Positions 58,937 to 64,000 of a DNA stretch of 64,000 nt are shown here, piece after piece. Origin of the DNA: an uncultured Armatimonadetes bacterium (GTDB lineage: Bacteria > Armatimonadota > Hebobacteria > Hebobacterales > Hebobacteraceae); the NCBI GenBank assembly GCA_963716175.1, contig OY970296.1:2304001-2368000 (forward strand). The letters run 5' to 3'. Each line of letters begins with the position of its first letter. Positions within the stretch are counted from its first letter, which is position 1. The position numbers and the translations under genes are program-made. The notes under the pieces are model-generated. The model ran no database searches. It was given only the letters and a program-made list of their open reading frames with translations, and was not told where the DNA came from.

Positions 58937-60370
58937 TGGCGCAGCCGATGAGACAATTGACGCCCGAGCTGCTCACCCTGGGCGCCGCCCTGCTGGTGAT
59001 CCTGCTGGACCTGATCCAGGCGCGCGGGAACCGCAAGTGGCTGGGCTGGCTGAGCGGGGTCGCGGCCGCCCTGATCGTGGCGGCGACGGCGGCGAAGTGG
59101 GGTGAGCTCGAGCGGCCGGTCGCGCTCTGGGGCGGGGTGATGGTGCTGGACCGGCTGGGGCTGATCTTCAAGGCGATCTTCCTGCTCGGGGTAGCGGTGG
59201 CGGCGGTGGGGTCGGTGGATTTCGCATTCTCATCGCTTCCGTCACGTTGGCGAGTACTACGGGCTGCTGTTCTTCTCCGCCCTGGGCATGATGTTGATGG
59301 CCTCGGCGGGGGATTTGCTCACCCTCTACCTGGGCCTGGAGCTGGCGACCCTCAGCCTCTACGTGCTCACCTCCTATGCCAAGGCCAGCCCCCGGTCAGG
59401 CGAGGCCGGGCTCAAGTACGTCATCCTGGGCGCCACCGCCTCGGCGATCTACCTCTACGGGGCCAGCCTGATCTATGGAAGTGCGGGCACGACGCTTTTC
59501 AGCGCGGTGGCGCAGCGGCTGAGCTGGGAGGGATTTGGGCCCGGGCTGGCGGTGGGCGGGCTGTTCGTGCTGGCCGCGTTCGCCTTCAAGATCGCGGCCG
59601 TGCCGTTCCACATGTGGGCGCCGGACGTCTACCAGGGGGCGCCAACGCCGGTGACCGGTTTCCTCTCCACGGCCTCCAAGGCGGCGGGCTTCGCGGCGCT
59701 GATGCGGGTGCTGCTGGGGCCCATGCTGGGGGCGGCGAGCGGTTGGGTAGTGTTCGTGGTGGCGCTCTCCGGGATGAGCATGATCGTCGGGAACCTGCTG
59801 GCCCTGGCCCAGCGCGATATCAAGCGCATGCTCGCCTACTCCGGCGTGGCGCAGGCCGGCTACGCGCTGGTGGGACTGGCCGCCACCTCCACGCTGGGCA
59901 CCCTGGCGACGGTGTTCTTCCTCTTCCAGTATCTCTTCACGAACCTGGGCGCGTTCCTGGTGGCCACAATCGTTGGATCTTCGGCCGGCGATGACCAGAT
60001 CACCAGCTACCACGGGCTGAGCCGCCGGAACCCGGGACTGGCGCTCTGCCTGCTCCTGCTGCTGCTCTCACTGGGTGGGATCCCCCCGCTCGCCGGGTTC
60101 TGGGGGAAGCTGTTCCTGTTCTGGGCCGCGGTGAGAAGCGGGCTCTATGGGCTGGTGCTGATCGGGGTGCTGGCGAGCGTGCTGTCGCTCTATTACTACC
60201 TGATGGTGGCGCGCGCCATGTACATCGAGCCGGTGGCCGGGCGAGAGCCGGTTCGGCTGCAAGTTCCGGCGATGATCGCGGTGGTGGTTTGTGTGCTGGT
60301 GGTGGTCGGTCTCATCTACCCTGGGTGGCTGATCGAGCTGGCGCACACGGCGGCCGTGGCGTTCATGTGA
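58933..60370 (+). CDS. nuoN: Subunit N (frameshift ~59240)
   Basis: EAGLKY, FKIAAVPFHMWAPDVYQGAP, KRMLAYS; N-terminal helices in another frame. Confidence 0.92.
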
Positions 60371-60527
60371 GCTGCCGTCGCGCAGTCTCCCTCGATGAGC
60401 GCGGGCGACCGCAGAGAGCCGACCCTATGAGGCCTCCCCGTTCACCTCTCATCTGTCTTCGCACGGGACTCCCGCTCCATCCACCCCCTGGCGAACTCGA
60501 CCAACTCCGCGGCGTCGAACAGCGCGC

Positions 60528-61580
60528 TCATCTTCCCTCACGCTTGCCCAACCGCTTGACGAGATCGAAGTAGAATAGGGCATTCTCAAGGGGAATGTTC
60601 GACGGGAAATGGTTGCCCACCGCGAATATCAGGCCGGGGCAGTCTTTGGCCGCTGCCAGAGCCCAGCGCACCTCCTTCTCGACATCCTCCTTGGCGCCGA
60701 AGGTCAAGGTGCGGCAGTCGGCGCCGCCGATGAGCACATGGGTCTGACCGCACTTGCGAACGAAGAGCTGGAGGTCGTTGCTGGGCTCGAAGCAGAGCCC
60801 ATGTGCCCCTGCCTCAATCAGATCGTCAATGAACATATCGAAGGTGCCATCGGAGGTGAACAGCACCCGTTTGCCCGCCTCCCGCAGCGGCCGCCACAGC
60901 TCCTGGTATCGCGGGAAGATGTACTTGCGGTAGAACGCGGGGTTCATGAAGGGGCCTTGGGTCCACACCATGTCGTCGTGACACATGAAGAACTCGATGG
61001 AGGTCTGGGCCCAGGCCTTGACGTGGTGCCGTGAAAGCTCGAAGAAGGACCCAAGCACATCGGCGCCAAAGCGCTCCGGGTCCTCTCCTGCCGCCTCCAG
61101 CAGCATGTCCCACCCGAAGGCCTGGATCGCGCCCGATACCACCGTCTTGTAGTAGCCGCCAGTGACTACCTGGTCTGGGTTGGCGGCCTGGTGCTCCTGG
61201 TAGAACCGCTCGTAGTAGTCCACCAGCTCTCGGAAGTCGGGAAGGCCATACTCTTCCACCGCGTTGAACGCCAGCACCTCCCGGGCGCTTTCGAACGGAC
61301 ACGGACGACTAGGCCGGAAGTCCGATCCATCCTCCAGGAAAACCGCATGGCCCATATCCGTGATCCGGCCCCGTTCCTCCCACGGAACTGGACCGTCCTC
61401 GGTGGTCCAGAGGAAGTCTATCTCGACGGCATCGTGGAACTCGCGCCAGGCCTCGGGATGGTGCCGCGGGTCTTTGCCGGTGAAGTAGCGCACCACCTCC
61501 CAGTTGCTCACGAACTCGGTTCTCGCCACCCGCGGCGTCCACTGCAGGTTCAGCGCGGCTCTCCCTATCTCGTAACTCAT
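60528..61580 (-). CDS. Uroporphyrinogen decarboxylase (URO-D/MtaA-like) family protein
   Basis: HDDMVW, YRKYIFP, TSDG, DCRTLTFG, GNHFPSNIP. Confidence 0.82.
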   Translation of the reverse strand: MSYEIGRAALNLQWTPRVARTEFVSNWEVVRYFTGKDPRHHPEAWREFHDAVEIDFLWTTEDGPVPWEERGRITDMGHAVFLEDGSDFRPSRPCPFESAREVLAFNAVEEYGLPDFRELVDYYERFYQEHQAANPDQVVTGGYYKTVVSGAIQAFGWDMLLEAAGEDPERFGADVLGSFFELSRHHVKAWAQTSIEFFMCHDDMVWTQGPFMNPAFYRKYIFPRYQELWRPLREAGKRVLFTSDGTFDMFIDDLIEAGAHGLCFEPSNDLQLFVRKCGQTHVLIGGADCRTLTFGAKEDVEKEVRWALAAAKDCPGLIFAVGNHFPSNIPLENALFYFDLVKRLGKREGR

Positions 61581-61825
61581 CTCGCCTGTTATCCCTCGCT
61601 TGCCGACATCTACCTGCGCGGGCTCAATGGCGACCGCGCAGCGACAGCCCCGACGCCGTGATCGGTGAGACTGCTGCTATCTGTATTCCGGCGAGCGAGC
61701 GGATGGCCTTGCCCGCAGGATGAGGGGGACCTCCCCCGTGGCGGGGAGCACCGCCCGAGAATGGGGCCAGAGGACCTTGTCCGTGTGCCTCCGAATCCCT
61801 CTACTACAAATGCAGGGAAAGGCCA

Positions 61826-63199
61826 ATGATGCAACGCTACGAACCCAGGTGGGAGTCGCTCAAAGAGTACACCGTTCCAGAGTGGTACCGGGACGCGAAG
61901 CTGGGCATCTTCATCCACTGGGGAGTTTATGCCGTGCCGGCTTTCGACAACGAATGGTATCCCCGGCACATGTACGTCAGGGACCACCCCGCCTTCGCGC
62001 ACCACGCACGGAAGTGGGGGCCCCAGTCGCAGTTCGGGTACAAGGACTTCATCCCGATGTTCAAGGCCGAGAACTGGGACCCGGCAGCCTGGGTGGACCT
62101 GTTCGAGAAGAGCGGGGCCAGGTACATCGTGCCAGTGGCCGAGCACCATGATGGGTTCCCGATGTACGACTGCTCGTTCACGGATTGGAAAGCGAGCAAG
62201 ATGGGTCCGTGTCGGGATGTGGTGGGGGAACTGGAGCAGGCGGCGCGCGGGCGCGGTCTGAAGTTTGGCGTTTCCTCCCACCGCGCTTTCAACTGGCGCT
62301 ACTATACCTACGCCGAGGATTTCGACACTGTCAACCCGGCCAACGCGGGCCTTTACAACCTGGCGCACCCGCAGGATCAGCCGGCCACCGCGCACTTCCT
62401 CGAGGATTGGTGGGGGCGCACGAAGGAGCTGATAGATAGGTTTGAGCCAGATGTGCTGTGGTTCGACTTCTGCTGGCACTTCGACGAGTTCGAGCCCTAC
62501 CGCCGCCAGACTGCGGCCTACTACTACAACCGGGCCCTGGACTGGGACAAGGGCGTGGTGCTGAACTACAAGGACAAGTTCCCGGACGCCACCGCGGTGC
62601 TGGACATCGAGCGGGGCAAACTGGATGCCACCCGCGAGCACTACTGGCAGACTGATACTTCGGTCAGCTACAAGTCGTGGGGCTACGTCGAGGAGGACGA
62701 GTTCAGGACGGTTACCAGCGTGGTGCATGATCTGGTGGATATCATCAGCAAGAATGGCAATCTGCTGCTCAACGTCGGCCCCAGGCCCGATGGCACCATT
62801 CCCGATGAGGCGGCCCAGATTCTGCGCGGTCTCGGCGAGTGGCTGGCCGTCAACGGCGAGGCGGTATACGGCACCCGCTATTGGCGCGTCTATGGAGAAG
62901 GCCCCACCGGCGTGACTGCCGGCCACATGAAGGAGCGGGAGGACCAGGCCTTTACCGCGCAGGACATCCGTTTCACGACCAAGGACGATGCGCTGTACGC
63001 GATCTGCCTGGGCTGGCCGGACCGGGAGTGGGAGGTCCGGTGTCTCGGTTCACGCGCTGGCAGGATCTCGGCCGTGAGCCTGCTTGGATCGAGCGAGAAG
63101 ATCCCGTGGTCGCAGGAACCTGAGGCATTGAGGATCAAGGCCCCCGCCCGGAAGCCGTGCGGGCATGCCTACGCGTTCAGGATCACGCTGGAGAGATAA
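61826..63199 (+). CDS. Alpha-L-fucosidase (GH29)
   Basis: DAKLGIFIHWG, EHHDGF, LWFD, SKNGNLLLNVGP. Confidence 0.94.
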   Translation: MMQRYEPRWESLKEYTVPEWYRDAKLGIFIHWGVYAVPAFDNEWYPRHMYVRDHPAFAHHARKWGPQSQFGYKDFIPMFKAENWDPAAWVDLFEKSGARYIVPVAEHHDGFPMYDCSFTDWKASKMGPCRDVVGELEQAARGRGLKFGVSSHRAFNWRYYTYAEDFDTVNPANAGLYNLAHPQDQPATAHFLEDWWGRTKELIDRFEPDVLWFDFCWHFDEFEPYRRQTAAYYYNRALDWDKGVVLNYKDKFPDATAVLDIERGKLDATREHYWQTDTSVSYKSWGYVEEDEFRTVTSVVHDLVDIISKNGNLLLNVGPRPDGTIPDEAAQILRGLGEWLAVNGEAVYGTRYWRVYGEGPTGVTAGHMKEREDQAFTAQDIRFTTKDDALYAICLGWPDREWEVRCLGSRAGRISAVSLLGSSEKIPWSQEPEALRIKAPARKPCGHAYAFRITLER

Positions 63200-63365
63200 C
63201 GGCGGTCGCCGCGGAAGGCGGGGCTATGGGCGTGCTCCCGAAGCGCGCCGACTTCGGGCAGATCGCGGCTGCCAGGGGCAGTAGTTCACGGATGATGAGG
63301 AATGGAGCCGGCTGCGTCTGGCCCTGAAGCAGGCCTGCGGGGTCCGCGCCTGACCGTCCCGGCGT

Positions 63366-64000
63366 TCAGGCGGATTCACGTAGTGCAGGCAGCGTCAGGA
63401 TAGCGCGGGTTCCCTGGTTCTCTTTGCTCTCGATCTGCAGGTCGCCGCCGTGGGCCTGAGCAAGAGCGCGCGCGATCCGCAGTCCCAGGCCGCTGTGCCG
63501 GCCTCCCGGTGTGCGCGCCGCGTCGCCCCGGTAGAACGCGTCGAAGACATACGGCAGGTCCTCCGCGGGGATCCCGCGACCCGTGTCGCTGACGGTAACG
63601 GTGACGGGATCTCCGGGCTCGACCATCACCCGCACTTCCGCCCCCGCTCCGGCGTGGCTGAGGGTGTTGTCCACCAGGTTATCGAGGATCTGGGCCAGCC
63701 GGTGAGGGTCGCCTGACACCACGGCTGCGGCCCCCTCGGCCAGGGGGTGAAGGTGGATGCCCGCGCTCTCGGCCGCGTGGCTGTGCCGGCGGAGGCAGTC
63801 CATGGCGGCCATGCGGAGATCTACCGGCACGGGATGAAGCGGGAACTCATCGAGGTCGAGCCGCGCCAACTCGATCAGGTCGTTCACCAGGCGTTCCATC
63901 CGCGCCGCGCTCTCGACGATGGCGCTGGTGGCGCGCTCCATCCGCTCCGGGCTGGCGGCAACCCCGTCGCGCAGGGCCTCGGCCATGGTCTTGAGGGTGG
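63366..64000 (-). CDS. Sensor histidine kinase, C-terminal part (5' end outside window)
   Basis: QILDNLVDN N box, DTGRGI G1, F box, GLGL G2. Confidence 0.9.
   Translation of the reverse strand, partial: TLKTMAEALRDGVAASPERMERATSAIVESAARMERLVNDLIELARLDLDEFPLHPVPVDLRMAAMDCLRRHSHAAESAGIHLHPLAEGAAAVVSGDPHRLAQILDNLVDNTLSHAGAGAEVRVMVEPGDPVTVTVSDTGRGIPAEDLPYVFDAFYRGDAARTPGGRHSGLGLRIARALAQAHGGDLQIESKENQGTRAILTLPALRESA

Overview
GC-rich bacterial chromosome segment. An Armatimonadota-like source is inferred from SLH-domain wording and an H-X9-DG protein; this is not proven. Left part: an accessory patch of modification enzymes and gene relics, Gfo/Idh/MocA oxidoreductases, tdh-kbl, and purA-nth-rfaE-nfo-dnaG-rpoD. 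Middle: tyrS, then 16S rRNA - tRNA-Ile - (tRNA-Ala relic, hicB, broken hicA) - tRNA-Ala with no 23S following; Tat-signal SOD plus tatC; a partly decayed arsenic/chromate cluster beside tRNA-Ala(GGC). Right part: four tandem pilT/pilU ATPases, trxA-trxB, an 11-subunit complex I (nuoABCDHIJKLMN), a GH29 fucosidase and a partial histidine kinase. Three short repeat families occur: a 126-bp TA-flanked MITE (3 copies), a ~104-bp double-hairpin element (2 copies) and GTAG-type REP-like palindromes. Best leads: the hicBA module inside the rRNA spacer, the four-motor pilT array, an attenuator-like purA leader, a structured nuo leader, a possible dual-start SOD, and unknown Cys-rich ars-cluster proteins. 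Five small frameshifts, including one in rpoD, suggest read/assembly indel errors. No CRISPR array, integrase or transposase was seen. All family assignments are by motif recognition, not database search.
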